Shown: positions 1 through 9,985 of the stretch, piece by piece
Position numbering within the stretch: the first letter of the stretch is position 1
Layout: every line of letters begins with the position of its first letter
NCBI GenBank assembly: GCA_964202905.1
Contig: CAXNJO010000001.1
Coordinates: 672,001-736,000 of the forward strand
Length of the DNA stretch: 64,000 bases
Direction of reading: 5' to 3'
Source: Polyangiales bacterium
GTDB taxonomy: Bacteria; Myxococcota_A; Polyangia; Polyangiales; JADJQN01
Position numbers and translations under genes: made by a program
The notes under the pieces: generated by a model
The model's input: the letters and a program-made list of their open reading frames with translations, nothing else
What the model was told of the DNA's origin: nothing
Databases searched by the model: none

Positions 1-1178
1 GTAAAACGGGCCTCGCCCACCTCTTCGAGCACCTGATGTTCAACGAGACGGAGCACCTCGCCGCGGGCGAGTTCGACCGTCTCCTCGAATCCGCGGGCGG
101 CGAGACCAACGCCGCGACCTGGGTCGACTGGACCTACTACTACGAGAACGTCCCGAAGGACTCGCTCCCGCTCGTCGTACGCCTCGAGGCCGACCGCATG
201 GCGCACCTCGTGCTCCGCGATCCGCAGGTCTCGAGCGAGAAGGACGTCGTCACCAACGAGCGCGCCCTGCGCGTCGACGACGACATCGAGGGCTCCGCGA
301 ACGAGGCGCTCTACGCGCGCGCCTTCCGCGTGCACCCCTATCACTGGCCGACGATCGGCTGGCGAGACGACATCGCGGGCTTCACCACCGCCGACTGCCG
401 CGCCTTCTATCGGACGTACTACGCGCCGAACAACGCGACGATCGTCGTCGCCGGCGACGTCGACGAGGCCGCCGCGCTCCGCCTCGTCCGCGAGCACTAC
501 GGCACCCTCCGCGCCGCGCGCATCCCCGAGGAGTCGCACGTCACGGAGCCCGCGCAGCGCGCCGAGCGCCGCGTCACCCTGCGCCGCCCGACCCCGACGG
601 AGAAGCTCCAGCTCGGTTACCGCGCGCCGGCCTTCGCGGACTACGACCACGCGGTGCTCTCGGTGCTCAACGAGATCCTCCTCGGCGGCCGGTCTTCTCG
701 GCTCTTCCGCAAGCTCGTGAGCGACGGCGAGGTCGCGGCCGAGGCGCGCGGCGCGGTCGCGCCCTTCCGCGACGCAGGGCTCTACGAGCTCTGGGTCTCG
801 ATGCGCGAGGAACACGCCGCGTCCGAGGCCCTCGCGCTCATCGACGCCGCGCTCGCGCGCCTGCGCGAGGAGCCCGTCTCCACGGCCGAGCTCGACAAAG
901 CGAAGAACCGCCTCGAACTGGGCTTTCTGCAAGGCATGGAGACCGCGAGCGGCAAGGCCGAGCAACTCGGCTTCTACGAGACGGTCCTCGGCGATCCGGG
1001 GCGCGTCTTCGGCCGTCTCGAAGAATACCGGCGCGTCACCGCCGCCGACGTGCAGCGCGTCGCGCGTCACGTCCTCGACGTGCGTCGGCGCACCACGGTG
1101 TTCGTGCTGCCGGATGGCACCGCGTCCGATCCCGACGCCGCCGACACCGACGCCCCCGACGACGAAGGAGCGCCGTAG
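1..1178 (+). CDS. M16 family (pitrilysin/insulinase-like) zinc peptidase, catalytic subunit; 5' end lies outside the window
   Basis: The frame upstream of the ATG at 36 reads KTGLAHLFEHLMF, the inverted HxxEH zinc motif. It also has NAxTxxDxTxYY, HPY..PTIG and FYRTYYAPNNATIVVAGD motifs. Confidence 0.92.
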   Translation, partial: KTGLAHLFEHLMFNETEHLAAGEFDRLLESAGGETNAATWVDWTYYYENVPKDSLPLVVRLEADRMAHLVLRDPQVSSEKDVVTNERALRVDDDIEGSANEALYARAFRVHPYHWPTIGWRDDIAGFTTADCRAFYRTYYAPNNATIVVAGDVDEAAALRLVREHYGTLRAARIPEESHVTEPAQRAERRVTLRRPTPTEKLQLGYRAPAFADYDHAVLSVLNEILLGGRSSRLFRKLVSDGEVAAEARGAVAPFRDAGLYELWVSMREEHAASEALALIDAALARLREEPVSTAELDKAKNRLELGFLQGMETASGKAEQLGFYETVLGDPGRVFGRLEEYRRVTAADVQRVARHVLDVRRRTTVFVLPDGTASDPDAADTDAPDDEGAP

Positions 1179-1183
1179 ATCCC

Positions 1184-2608
1184 TTGGCCAGACGCACCAT
1201 CCGCAAGCTCGGTCAGAAGCTCGCCACCACGATCGGCGCCGCAGCCGCTGGCGCCTCCGCCGTCGCGCTCGTCGGTGCGAGCGCCGTGCTCGCCGACGTG
1301 CCGCGACGCGCTCGCTTCGCCATGGAGAACGGCGCCGTCGTCCTCGTCGAAGAGAGCCACCAGCTCCCGATGGTCGACTTCCAGTTCACGCTGCGCACGG
1401 GCAGCGCGCACGATCCGGCCGCGCGCGAGGGCGTCGCGCGCATGACCGCGCGCATGATCCGCATGGGCACGCGCCGCCTCCGCGCCGCGCAGGTCGAAGA
1501 GCGCATCGACGCGCTCGGCGGCACGCTCGGCATCGAGACGGCGCCCAGCTACACGCGCTTCAGCGGCTCGGTCATCAAGCGCAACGTCGGCCCCTTCCTC
1601 GCGCTGATCGGGCAGCTCCTCGCGGAGCCGGCCTTCCGCGCGGCCGACCTCGCGCAGGTGCAGCGCGAGACGCTCGCCGATCTCGTCGAGCTGCGCGACA
1701 ACGACCGCGGCCTCGCGTCGCGCGAGTTCCGTCGCGCCGTGTTCGGCGCGCATCCCTACGGACGCGCCCCGCTCGGCACCGCGGCGTCCGTCGCCGCGCT
1801 CGATCGCGCCTCGGTGCTCGCGCACTACGAGACGCACTACGTCTCCCAGAACGTCGTGCTCGGTTTTGCAGGCGACCTCGACGCGGACGAGGCGCGCGCG
1901 CTGGTGCGGGCGCACTTCGGCCGCCTGCGCACCGGCGCCGCCCCGTCTGCCGCGCTCCCAGCGCCGCGCATGGCGCGCGGCCGCCGCGTCGTGCTCGTCG
2001 ACAAGCCCGGCCGCACGCAGACGCAGGTCTTCATCGGCGGTCTCGGCACGCGCCCGCGCGACGCCGATCACTTCCCGCTCGTCGTCGCCAACACGGTCTT
2101 CGGCGGCACGTTCACCGCGCGCCTCATGCGCGAAATCCGCAGCGTCCGCGGCTGGAGCTACGGCGCCTCGAGCCGCCTCGTCGTCGATCGCCAGCGCGAC
2201 GCGTGGGTCATGTACACGTTCCCCGCCGCGGCGGACGCGGTGAACTGCGTGCGCCTCGAGCTCGAACTGTTCGAGACCCTCCTCCGTGATGGCATCACCA
2301 GCGAAGAGCTCCGCTTCGCGCAGGACTACCTCGCGAACAGCTATGCGTTCGAGGTCGACACCGCCAGCAAGCGCCTCGACCAACGCATCGACGTCGATCT
2401 GCTCGACCTGCCGCGCGACTACTTCGATCGCCACGTCGAGCGCGTGCGCGCGGTGACGCTCGCGGAGGCCAACGCGGCGCTCCGCGCGCGCCTCTCGAGC
2501 GAGGACCTCGCCATCGTGATGGTCGCGACCGCGAGCGAGGTCCGCGAAGGGCTCGCCGCGCTCGACGGCGTGAGCCGCGTCGACGTCGTGCCCTTCGACC
2601 GCGAGTAG
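1184..2608 (+). CDS. M16 family peptidase, non-catalytic partner subunit
   Basis: Has M16-type motifs (ENGAVVL, HPYGR, FAGDLD, SRL..IR..RGWSYG R/Y pair) but no HxxEH. It directly follows the catalytic subunit. Start codon uncertain. Confidence 0.88.
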   Translation: MARRTIRKLGQKLATTIGAAAAGASAVALVGASAVLADVPRRARFAMENGAVVLVEESHQLPMVDFQFTLRTGSAHDPAAREGVARMTARMIRMGTRRLRAAQVEERIDALGGTLGIETAPSYTRFSGSVIKRNVGPFLALIGQLLAEPAFRAADLAQVQRETLADLVELRDNDRGLASREFRRAVFGAHPYGRAPLGTAASVAALDRASVLAHYETHYVSQNVVLGFAGDLDADEARALVRAHFGRLRTGAAPSAALPAPRMARGRRVVLVDKPGRTQTQVFIGGLGTRPRDADHFPLVVANTVFGGTFTARLMREIRSVRGWSYGASSRLVVDRQRDAWVMYTFPAAADAVNCVRLELELFETLLRDGITSEELRFAQDYLANSYAFEVDTASKRLDQRIDVDLLDLPRDYFDRHVERVRAVTLAEANAALRARLSSEDLAIVMVATASEVREGLAALDGVSRVDVVPFDRE

Positions 2609-2634
2609 CCCCGCGCCCTTCGCCGCGCGCGGGG
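2609..2634. terminator. GC-rich hairpin between convergent genes, possible terminator
   Basis: CCCCGCGC...GCGCGGGG inverted repeat between the stops at 2608 and 2640. No clear U-tract. Confidence 0.3.
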
Positions 2635-2639
2635 ACGCC

Positions 2640-3470
2640 CTACTTTGCGGGCAGGAAGAAGTCTTCGATCAGCTCCGCGCCCGGCACGACGCTGTACTTC
2701 GCGAAGTCCGTCACGCCGCGCTCCCGGAGGAAGTCCTCGTCGATGAGGAAGCGTCCCGTCAGCTCGCGGCTCGGCGTCGTGAGGGCCTCGTAGGCCGCGT
2801 CGCCCATGATCTCCGGCGTGCGCGCGCCGCGGATCGTCGAGTCACCGCCGAGCAGGTTCTGCACGGCCGCCGTCGCGATCACCGTGCGCGGCCAGAGCGC
2901 ATTCACGGCGACGCCCCTGGCGCGGAACTCCCCCGCCATGCCGAGCACGCACAGGCTCATGCCGAACTTCGCCATCGTGTAGGCGACGTGCGGCGCGAAC
3001 CAGCGCTCCTCCATCGCGAGCGGCGGCGAGAGGTTGAGGATGTGCGGGTTGTCCGACTTCAGTAGGTGCGGGAGGCACGCCTGCGAGGTGAGGAAGGTGC
3101 CGCGCGCGTTGATGCCGTGCATCAGGTCGTAGCGCTTCATCGGCGTGTCGAGCGTGCCGCTCAGATTGATGGCGCTCGCGTTGTTCACGCAGACGTCGAT
3201 GCCGCCGAAGGTCTCGACCGCCTTCGCGACGGCGCCATACACCTGATCGTCGAAGCGGATGTCGCAGAGCAGCGGCAGCGCGCGGCCACCCGCCTCCTCG
3301 ATCTCCTTGGCCGCCGTGTAGATCGTGCCGGGCAACTTCGGGTGCGGCTCGGCGGTCTTCGCGGCGATGACGACGTTCGCCCCGTCCCGCGCCGCGCGCT
3401 TGGCGATCGCGAGCCCGATGCCCCGGCTCGCACCGGTGATGAACAGCGTCTTTCCCTGCAAACTCGGCAT
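2640..3470 (-). CDS. Short-chain dehydrogenase/reductase (HSDL2 / citronellol dehydrogenase-like)
   Basis: MPSLQGKTLFITGASRGIG Rossmann motif, NNASAI, YTMAK catalytic YxxxK and VNALWP. Likely start is the ATG at 3470, not 3824. Confidence 0.93.
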   Translation of the reverse strand: MPSLQGKTLFITGASRGIGLAIAKRAARDGANVVIAAKTAEPHPKLPGTIYTAAKEIEEAGGRALPLLCDIRFDDQVYGAVAKAVETFGGIDVCVNNASAINLSGTLDTPMKRYDLMHGINARGTFLTSQACLPHLLKSDNPHILNLSPPLAMEERWFAPHVAYTMAKFGMSLCVLGMAGEFRARGVAVNALWPRTVIATAAVQNLLGGDSTIRGARTPEIMGDAAYEALTTPSRELTGRFLIDEDFLRERGVTDFAKYSVVPGAELIEDFFLPAK

Positions 3471-4004
3471 GTCGAAACCTCCGGGGCAGCACCTTACACA
3501 CATGCCCTGCGCGAACGGGACGGATTTCGCGATCCGCGCGTCGCGGTCAGCGCGCTGCCGCGGGCCTGCCGCGTCACCGCGCCCCGAGTCGACCCAGCCG
3601 CCGCTCACTCGTCCCCAACCTCGCCGCACGCGCTTCCGGTCCGGTTCACGCGTGGCCCGTCGACGCCCATCCGATGCCCGGCCGTTACATTCGTGACAGT
3701 GGCAAGCCCCCGCAGCCCCCGATCCACGGGGAATATGCCGTTTGCCCCCGCGCGGCCCTGCACCACCCCTGTAACCGCGCCAACCTGTCACACCTGCTCC
3801 CCGGCCCGCCGGTGGGCTGATCACCCAGAATTTGGCCCGAACCCCAGCATGCGCGCAGCATGGCGCGCGCCTTGCTCACCGCTCGGCACCGGAGCGATCC
3901 CTCCACCCGCGCGCGCCGCGAAGCGAGCCGACATGCAAGTCGTTCCCAGCCCCCCCGCGCCGCGCCGAGGCGCCAGAATCCCATTCCCCCCGCGCCAAAA
4001 GGCG

Positions 4005-4034
4005 TTGACAAGCCCGTGACGTTCCGGCAACCCT
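4005..4034 (+). promoter_or_regulatory. Possible sigma70-type -35 element upstream of the barrel/metalloprotease operon
   Basis: Perfect TTGACA at 4005-4010, about 150 bp before the gene at 4159. No convincing -10 box. Confidence 0.3.
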
Positions 4035-4158
4035 CGCCAGCCCCCCTCTACGCTCCCGAGAACTCCGCGCGCGCGGTGGTTGTTCCCGGGTTCGTATCGG
4101 GTAGCGCAGGTCGCGGGGACGGCGCGCGTCGGCCCCCGCTCCGCACGGAGAGTGATTC

Positions 4159-5469
4159 GTGATGCCGTCCTCCTTCCGCTTTCTCCTCTGCGCAGCCCTG
4201 GCCTGCGCGGGCTTCCTCAGCCCGGGCTTCGCCGCTTCCCGCGCCCAGGCGCAGGACGCCGCGGACGCTGGCACCCCCGCCGCGCCCGAGGGTGACCAGG
4301 CCGCCACCGGCAGCGAAACCACGGAACCGAGCGTCGAAGCGCCGACGGCGACCGCGGTCGCAGCCCCGGCCACGACGACGGCCGCGCCGCCCGCCGAGGA
4401 AGCTGCGGCCCCCGACGACCCGGCCGCAGAAGAGGCCGCCCCCGCCGAAGAGGCGCCCCCCGCGCCGCCCAAGCGCTTCTGGCGGAACTCGCTGTTCCTC
4501 TTCACCCCGTCGGTCACGACGCACTCCTTCTCCGGCGACGCGCAGCTGACCTACAACCCGACGGTCTCGCTGAATTTCCGCCTCGTCCCGCGCTTCTACC
4601 TGACCGACACGCTGTTCCTCCGCGTTCGTCAGGACCTGAACGTCGAAGTCACGAACTCCGATTTCGACACGTACGCCCGCCAGCCCCTCCTGTCCGACAC
4701 CTTCATCGACCTGATGCGGCCGGCCCTCGTCAACGCGGGGGGCTTCGTGCTCACCGCCGGCCTCCGCGTCTCGCTCCCGGTCTCGATCGCGAGCCGCTAC
4801 AACAACCTCGTCCTCGGGACGGGCTTCCTCGCGAACGCCTCCTACCAGATCCCGAACGAGTCGTTGCACCTCAGCGTGCTGTTCGACCTGAGCTACACGC
4901 ACAACTGGCAGTCGACGAACACGCCGACGTTCTTCAACGACGCGAACAGCCGCGGCGACGGCGCGGCGACGATCTGCCCGGGCGGCGCGAACGGCTGCGC
5001 GGCCGGCGGTTTCACCAACGTGAGCGACGCCCTCCTCTTCGGCCCCACGCTGCTCTGGGTGCCCGACGGCGAGAAGCTCAACATCAGCGCGACCTACTAC
5101 TGGGCACCCCGGCTCGGGCTCCCGCTCGGGACGCAGTCGGTCGACACGGCGACGGGCAGCGTCGCGCTCACCGACTCGGCGACGCACTGGCGCGTGCTCC
5201 AGTACTTCGGCGTCTCGGTCGCGTACGACGTCCTCCCCTGGCTCAACCTCTCGGCCACGTACGGCACCTTCACCACCCAGCTCAGCTTCAACGGCAAGCT
5301 GCGCAACCCCGTCTGGGGACCGGATACGACGCTCTCCATGACCGCGGTCGTGACCCTCGACCAGCTCTACGACATCGTCGCGGGCGAGTCGACAGACCTC
5401 ACGCCTGAGCAGCTGCGCCGCATCCGCAACGGTCAGGCCGCTGCGCCCTCCACCGGGCGGGCATTCTGA
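4159..5469 (+). CDS. Secreted protein, probable outer-membrane beta-barrel with a Pro/Ala/Glu-rich N-terminal linker
   Basis: Signal peptide (…GFAASRAQA), a low-complexity linker, then alternating amphipathic strands (SLNFRLVPRFYL, LTAGLRVSLP, FGVSVAYDV, LNLSATYG) and a Cys pair in a loop. Confidence 0.65.
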   Translation: MMPSSFRFLLCAALACAGFLSPGFAASRAQAQDAADAGTPAAPEGDQAATGSETTEPSVEAPTATAVAAPATTTAAPPAEEAAAPDDPAAEEAAPAEEAPPAPPKRFWRNSLFLFTPSVTTHSFSGDAQLTYNPTVSLNFRLVPRFYLTDTLFLRVRQDLNVEVTNSDFDTYARQPLLSDTFIDLMRPALVNAGGFVLTAGLRVSLPVSIASRYNNLVLGTGFLANASYQIPNESLHLSVLFDLSYTHNWQSTNTPTFFNDANSRGDGAATICPGGANGCAAGGFTNVSDALLFGPTLLWVPDGEKLNISATYYWAPRLGLPLGTQSVDTATGSVALTDSATHWRVLQYFGVSVAYDVLPWLNLSATYGTFTTQLSFNGKLRNPVWGPDTTLSMTAVVTLDQLYDIVAGESTDLTPEQLRRIRNGQAAAPSTGRAF

Positions 5470-5564
5470 TCATGACTCTTTCGCCCACGCTCTCTCGCAA
5501 AGCTCGCCTATTCGCACAAGGTCGCCAGGCGGTCGCGCCCCTGGCTCCCTCGGAGGCTCTCGGT

Positions 5565-8500
5565 ATGAAGCGTTATTCGCGGTGGTCCCCGGTCGTCGGA
5601 ATGTTCTCCGGCCTGCTCGTCCTCGGCTCGCTCCTCGGCGCGGGCGCCGCCGTGAGCGGTTGCGCGGAGGAAGACCCGATCAACCGGGTCCAGACGATGG
5701 CCGTCGACAAGGGGCTCTTCACGGGCTCCTGGTACATGACGCAGACCGTCGTCGACGTGGACTACGAAGTCGCCGCGGCGGGCACCTTCCCGGGTGACTC
5801 GGCCTCCGACTTCGGCGGTTCCTTCTCGGGCGTGCCCCGCATCCGCTGGGTCATCGACGAGAACTTCCTCTACGCGTACCGCGACTACGAGATGATCATC
5901 GGCGGCGACGGAGAGCCGCGCGAGCCGGGCAGCTTCCTCGGCCAGCCGGTCGCGGCCTACCGCATCAGCAGCCACTTCGACATCAAGCGTCAGTACAACA
6001 CCACCACCGGTGAGGAACTGAACGTCATCGAAGAGAACACCGCCGACCGTCGCTGGTACGAGCGCGACTTCATGCGCGTCGACTGGTCGATGAACATGCT
6101 GCCGGGCTACTACGGCACCACGCAGAATCTCTACGAGATCCTCGGCCTCTACAAGCGCGAGCCGGTGCCCCTCACCGTGCAGCAGCAGAGCGACTTCCCC
6201 GACTCGTGGCGTCCCCGCTTCGACCGGATGCAGTGTGCCAACGAGTCCGACGCCAACTGCAAGCCGTACGAGCGCGACCTCGCGACGGACTACAAGCAGG
6301 GCGAACTCTACCACATGAGCTTCGTCAACCAGGAGTTGCTCTCCCCCGGCAACGTGACCGACCCGTTCTCAGGCCAGCCGGTCAATTTCTGTCTCTCGCC
6401 CTACAACGATGCTCCGGGCTGCACCGCAACCGCCGCGTACGTGCGCACGTCGTTCCTCAAGGTCTCCGACACCCGTCAGTACGAGGCGACCAACTGGAAC
6501 GACAATCGTTGGAGCCGCGCCGGCTACTTCCGCCTCGAGTCGCCGACCTGGGACCGCTCGACGGGCAGCCCGGATGACCCGGCGTGGTTCGGCACCGATT
6601 TCCTCAACTACGCGATCAACCGCCACAACATCTGGAAGCAGTGGTGGACGGAGGACGCCTCCGGCAACCGCACGCCGGTCCCGTACGCCAACCGCGACGT
6701 CCGCCAGATCGTTTGGTACACGACGCCGGAGCTTCCCGCGCACCTCGTGAAGCCCTCGTTCGACCTCATCGGTCAGTGGAACGAGATCCTCATGGAGACG
6801 GTCCGCGCGATGAGGGGGAATCAACTCCCCGTCTACAATCGCCGCGACTGCCAGACGACGGATCCGGACGGCGAGTGCTTCTGCCAGGTCGATCCCGTCG
6901 ACGGGACGACCATCCTCAATCCGACGTGCGAGGGTCGCTACGACCCCTTCCAGACGCCGGGCGAAAACCAGGCGCGCATCGCCTCCGGCACCGCTTACGA
7001 CTGTCATGTCGTCGTCCCGGCAGGCGCCGAGCCCGACATGACGAATCCCGACGTCGCGCGTACCCTGAGCGACCGCAGCTTCTACGGCTGGTACGGCGCG
7101 CAGATGGTCGGCAGCGAGTGCGTCAACACGCTCCGCATGAACACCTGCGACCGCGCCAAGATCGACGCGAACGGCGGCACGGTCGACGGCCTCGAGTGCG
7201 AGGAGCGCGGCGATGCCCGCTTCAAGTTCCTCAGCTACGTCGACCAGCCTGGTACGCCATTCCTCGGCATCGCGACGCTCCGCGGCGACCCTGTCACCGG
7301 CGAGACGCGCTTCGGCGATGCGAACATCGGTGGCCCTGCCCTCGACGGCTTCCGTACCTACGCGCTCCAGACCTACGACCTCCTCAACGGCAATTACACC
7401 GACCAAGAGTTCTTCACCGGTGAGGACGTCCGCGGCTACTTCGATGCGCTCAACCAGGTGCAGCTCCCGGCGCCCCCGCGTATCGACTTCAACGTCGGCC
7501 TGCGGAACCTCGACGGCACCGACTCGCTTCCGGCGGCCGCCCAGGGCGTTCGTGAGCGCATGGACTTCATCATGGCGAACCGCGCCGACCGCCTCGCCGG
7601 CCCCGAAGGCCGCGCGAACACGTTCACGGACCGCATCGCCAACCTCCGCAACACGGAGACCGAGCGCCGCCTCACGGCAAACTGGGACACGATGGCCCTC
7701 GCCGGGATCCGGCAGGTGCCCGCCGGTTACGGCACGGGAAACATCCCCGAGGGCGTGCTCGACCGCGCCTCGCCCTTCCGCATGAACGCCCCTGAAATGC
7801 TCGCTCGTTTCGACGCCCTCGAGACGAAGGTCGCGCGAGCGAGCATGCACATGCCGAACGAGTACGTGGACAACTCGGTCGCGTACTTCGTCCAGAAGCA
7901 CCTCACCTGGCCCCGCGCTCGGCTCGAGTTCGAGCTGAACCGCCTGCTTTACCGGCAGACGCAGGTCCACGAGATGGGCCACTGCATGGGCCTTCGCCAC
8001 GACTTCGGTGGCTCGGCGGACACCAAGAACTACGCGAACGACTACTACGTGATCGACGAGGCCTACCCGCTCCCGGACCCGCGTGACGCTGCTTTCGAGC
8101 GCGATGGCGTCCCCGGTTTCAGCGCGGCTGAGCAGCTCGCCTACGAGGACGCCTACAAGCAGGCCCGCGAGCGCCGCGAGCTGGCCGGCATCGATGGCTG
8201 GGCGAACTCGTCGATCATGGACTACACGGCGAACTGGTATCAACGCGTGCAGCCCTCGGGTCGGTACGACCATCACGCCGTCCGCATGGGCTACGGCGAC
8301 GTCGTCGAGCTCGGCGACAACTCGGACGGTGAGCTCGCCGAAAACGCGAACCCCGTCAACACGCCCCGCACCTTCTTCCGCTGGTACCAGGGTGGGGAGA
8401 CCTGCACCGTCGACACCGACTGTCCGTACGCGGTCGGCGGACCGCGCGCTGGTGAGCTCCTCGAGTCGAACACCGTCAACAGCATCACCCAGCGCTGCGT

Positions 8501-9974
8501 CGACGCGCCGCGCGGCGGCGGGAAGATGTGCTCCACGTTTGACGACGACACGCGGCCGACGGGGCCCGCCCCCCGTTGGCTTCCGCCCGACTACCGCTTC
8601 TGCTCGGACGAGCGCGCAGCGGGTGGCAGCAGCCGCCCGGGCACGATCGGCTGGTGCAACCGCTTCGACGAGGGCGACAGCTATCGCGAGATCGTCCAGA
8701 ACACCGTCGAGAACTACGAGCGGATGTATCTGTTCACGAACTTCCGCCGTTACCGCAGCGGGTTCAACATCGGCGGCTACCTGTTCGACCAGCTCATCGG
8801 CCGCCGCTTCGTCATCCTCCAGAACATCTACCAGAACCTGATCTACCAGTACGTCTCGGACCCTGCATTCCGCGGTGAAACCGGGGAGTTCGGCTTCTAC
8901 GACGAGTTCATGGCGACGGCGGACATCCTCAACTTCTACGCGCGCGTGCTCGGCCAGCCGAACCTCGGCGGCTACCAGTACAACGCGCGCTGGAAGTGGT
9001 TCGAGCGCGCGTCGGTGGACTGCCAGCGCACCGGGACTCAGCTCGAGGTCTGCCTCGGCAAGGGCCGCTACGCCGACTCGGTCTACCAGGGTGGTCTCTC
9101 GGGCATTCAGCGCGTGGAGCGCATCGGCACCTTCTACGACAAGCTCTTCACCATGCAGCTCATGACGCTGCGCGGGCAGCAGCCGGGCTACACGCGGGAC
9201 GTGCCGTTCTATACGAACTTCTACGACCTGTTCCCGAACGAGATGCAGCAGATCTGGAACGGCATGATCCGCGACGCACCCGAGGAGTACATGCCGCACG
9301 TCGAGTGCAGCACGTTCCCGAACTGCGGCGACGCGCGCATCATCTACAACAACTTCTATCGTGGGGACTGCTCGTCGGCTGATCCGGCGACCTGCCGCCC
9401 TGATCCGGTCGAGGTCACGTATGCCGGCAAGCCGCTGGTCAACGGCGGTGGCAGCATCGTCTTGCAGGTCTACGCCGCGATCTATGGCCTGACCGAGTTC
9501 CCGGTGTTCTTCGACACCACCTTCCAGAATCAGCTGTTCGTGTGCATCGAGGGCCAGGGCGATTGCTATCGCCCGACCGCGACGGACGTCGAGGGCGAGG
9601 ACTACGTCCGCTACACCAGCCCGCGCTTCGGCAAGAGCTACCTCGCTTGGGAGGTGAGCCCGGGAACGGGCGCGGTCGAGCAGCGTTCGATCGGCTTCCA
9701 GATGGTCGAAGAAGCGCGCGACCTCGAGTTCATCGTGCGCATGCTCGACAAGTACAACGGCCGCTCGGGCGGGATCCCCCTCGACCGCGCCAATCTCACG
9801 GCCGACGAACTCGCGCGCCTCGCGGCGCTCGGCTACGTCCTGCCGACGGGGTCGGCGGAGACCAACCGCGAGATCGACCGCCTCGACGGACGCCTCCGCG
9901 ACCTCGAGTCCTTCTTCGGCCAGCTGATCCAGCTCGAGCGTGAGATCGGCATCTCCGCGTACCTGCGGTTCTGA
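5565..9974 (+). CDS. Large Cys-rich lipoprotein zinc-dependent metalloprotease (metzincin-type), paralog 1
   Basis: GGAGG RBS before the ATG at 5565, lipobox AVSG-C, HEMGHCMGLRH (HExxHxxGxxH) near 7968, Met-turn SIMDY and many Cys pairs. Confidence 0.85.
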   Translation: MKRYSRWSPVVGMFSGLLVLGSLLGAGAAVSGCAEEDPINRVQTMAVDKGLFTGSWYMTQTVVDVDYEVAAAGTFPGDSASDFGGSFSGVPRIRWVIDENFLYAYRDYEMIIGGDGEPREPGSFLGQPVAAYRISSHFDIKRQYNTTTGEELNVIEENTADRRWYERDFMRVDWSMNMLPGYYGTTQNLYEILGLYKREPVPLTVQQQSDFPDSWRPRFDRMQCANESDANCKPYERDLATDYKQGELYHMSFVNQELLSPGNVTDPFSGQPVNFCLSPYNDAPGCTATAAYVRTSFLKVSDTRQYEATNWNDNRWSRAGYFRLESPTWDRSTGSPDDPAWFGTDFLNYAINRHNIWKQWWTEDASGNRTPVPYANRDVRQIVWYTTPELPAHLVKPSFDLIGQWNEILMETVRAMRGNQLPVYNRRDCQTTDPDGECFCQVDPVDGTTILNPTCEGRYDPFQTPGENQARIASGTAYDCHVVVPAGAEPDMTNPDVARTLSDRSFYGWYGAQMVGSECVNTLRMNTCDRAKIDANGGTVDGLECEERGDARFKFLSYVDQPGTPFLGIATLRGDPVTGETRFGDANIGGPALDGFRTYALQTYDLLNGNYTDQEFFTGEDVRGYFDALNQVQLPAPPRIDFNVGLRNLDGTDSLPAAAQGVRERMDFIMANRADRLAGPEGRANTFTDRIANLRNTETERRLTANWDTMALAGIRQVPAGYGTGNIPEGVLDRASPFRMNAPEMLARFDALETKVARASMHMPNEYVDNSVAYFVQKHLTWPRARLEFELNRLLYRQTQVHEMGHCMGLRHDFGGSADTKNYANDYYVIDEAYPLPDPRDAAFERDGVPGFSAAEQLAYEDAYKQARERRELAGIDGWANSSIMDYTANWYQRVQPSGRYDHHAVRMGYGDVVELGDNSDGELAENANPVNTPRTFFRWYQGGETCTVDTDCPYAVGGPRAGELLESNTVNSITQRCVDAPRGGGKMCSTFDDDTRPTGPAPRWLPPDYRFCSDERAAGGSSRPGTIGWCNRFDEGDSYREIVQNTVENYERMYLFTNFRRYRSGFNIGGYLFDQLIGRRFVILQNIYQNLIYQYVSDPAFRGETGEFGFYDEFMATADILNFYARVLGQPNLGGYQYNARWKWFERASVDCQRTGTQLEVCLGKGRYADSVYQGGLSGIQRVERIGTFYDKLFTMQLMTLRGQQPGYTRDVPFYTNFYDLFPNEMQQIWNGMIRDAPEEYMPHVECSTFPNCGDARIIYNNFYRGDCSSADPATCRPDPVEVTYAGKPLVNGGGSIVLQVYAAIYGLTEFPVFFDTTFQNQLFVCIEGQGDCYRPTATDVEGEDYVRYTSPRFGKSYLAWEVSPGTGAVEQRSIGFQMVEEARDLEFIVRMLDKYNGRSGGIPLDRANLTADELARLAALGYVLPTGSAETNREIDRLDGRLRDLESFFGQLIQLEREIGISAYLRF

Positions 9975-9985
9975 GGAGCACGGAC

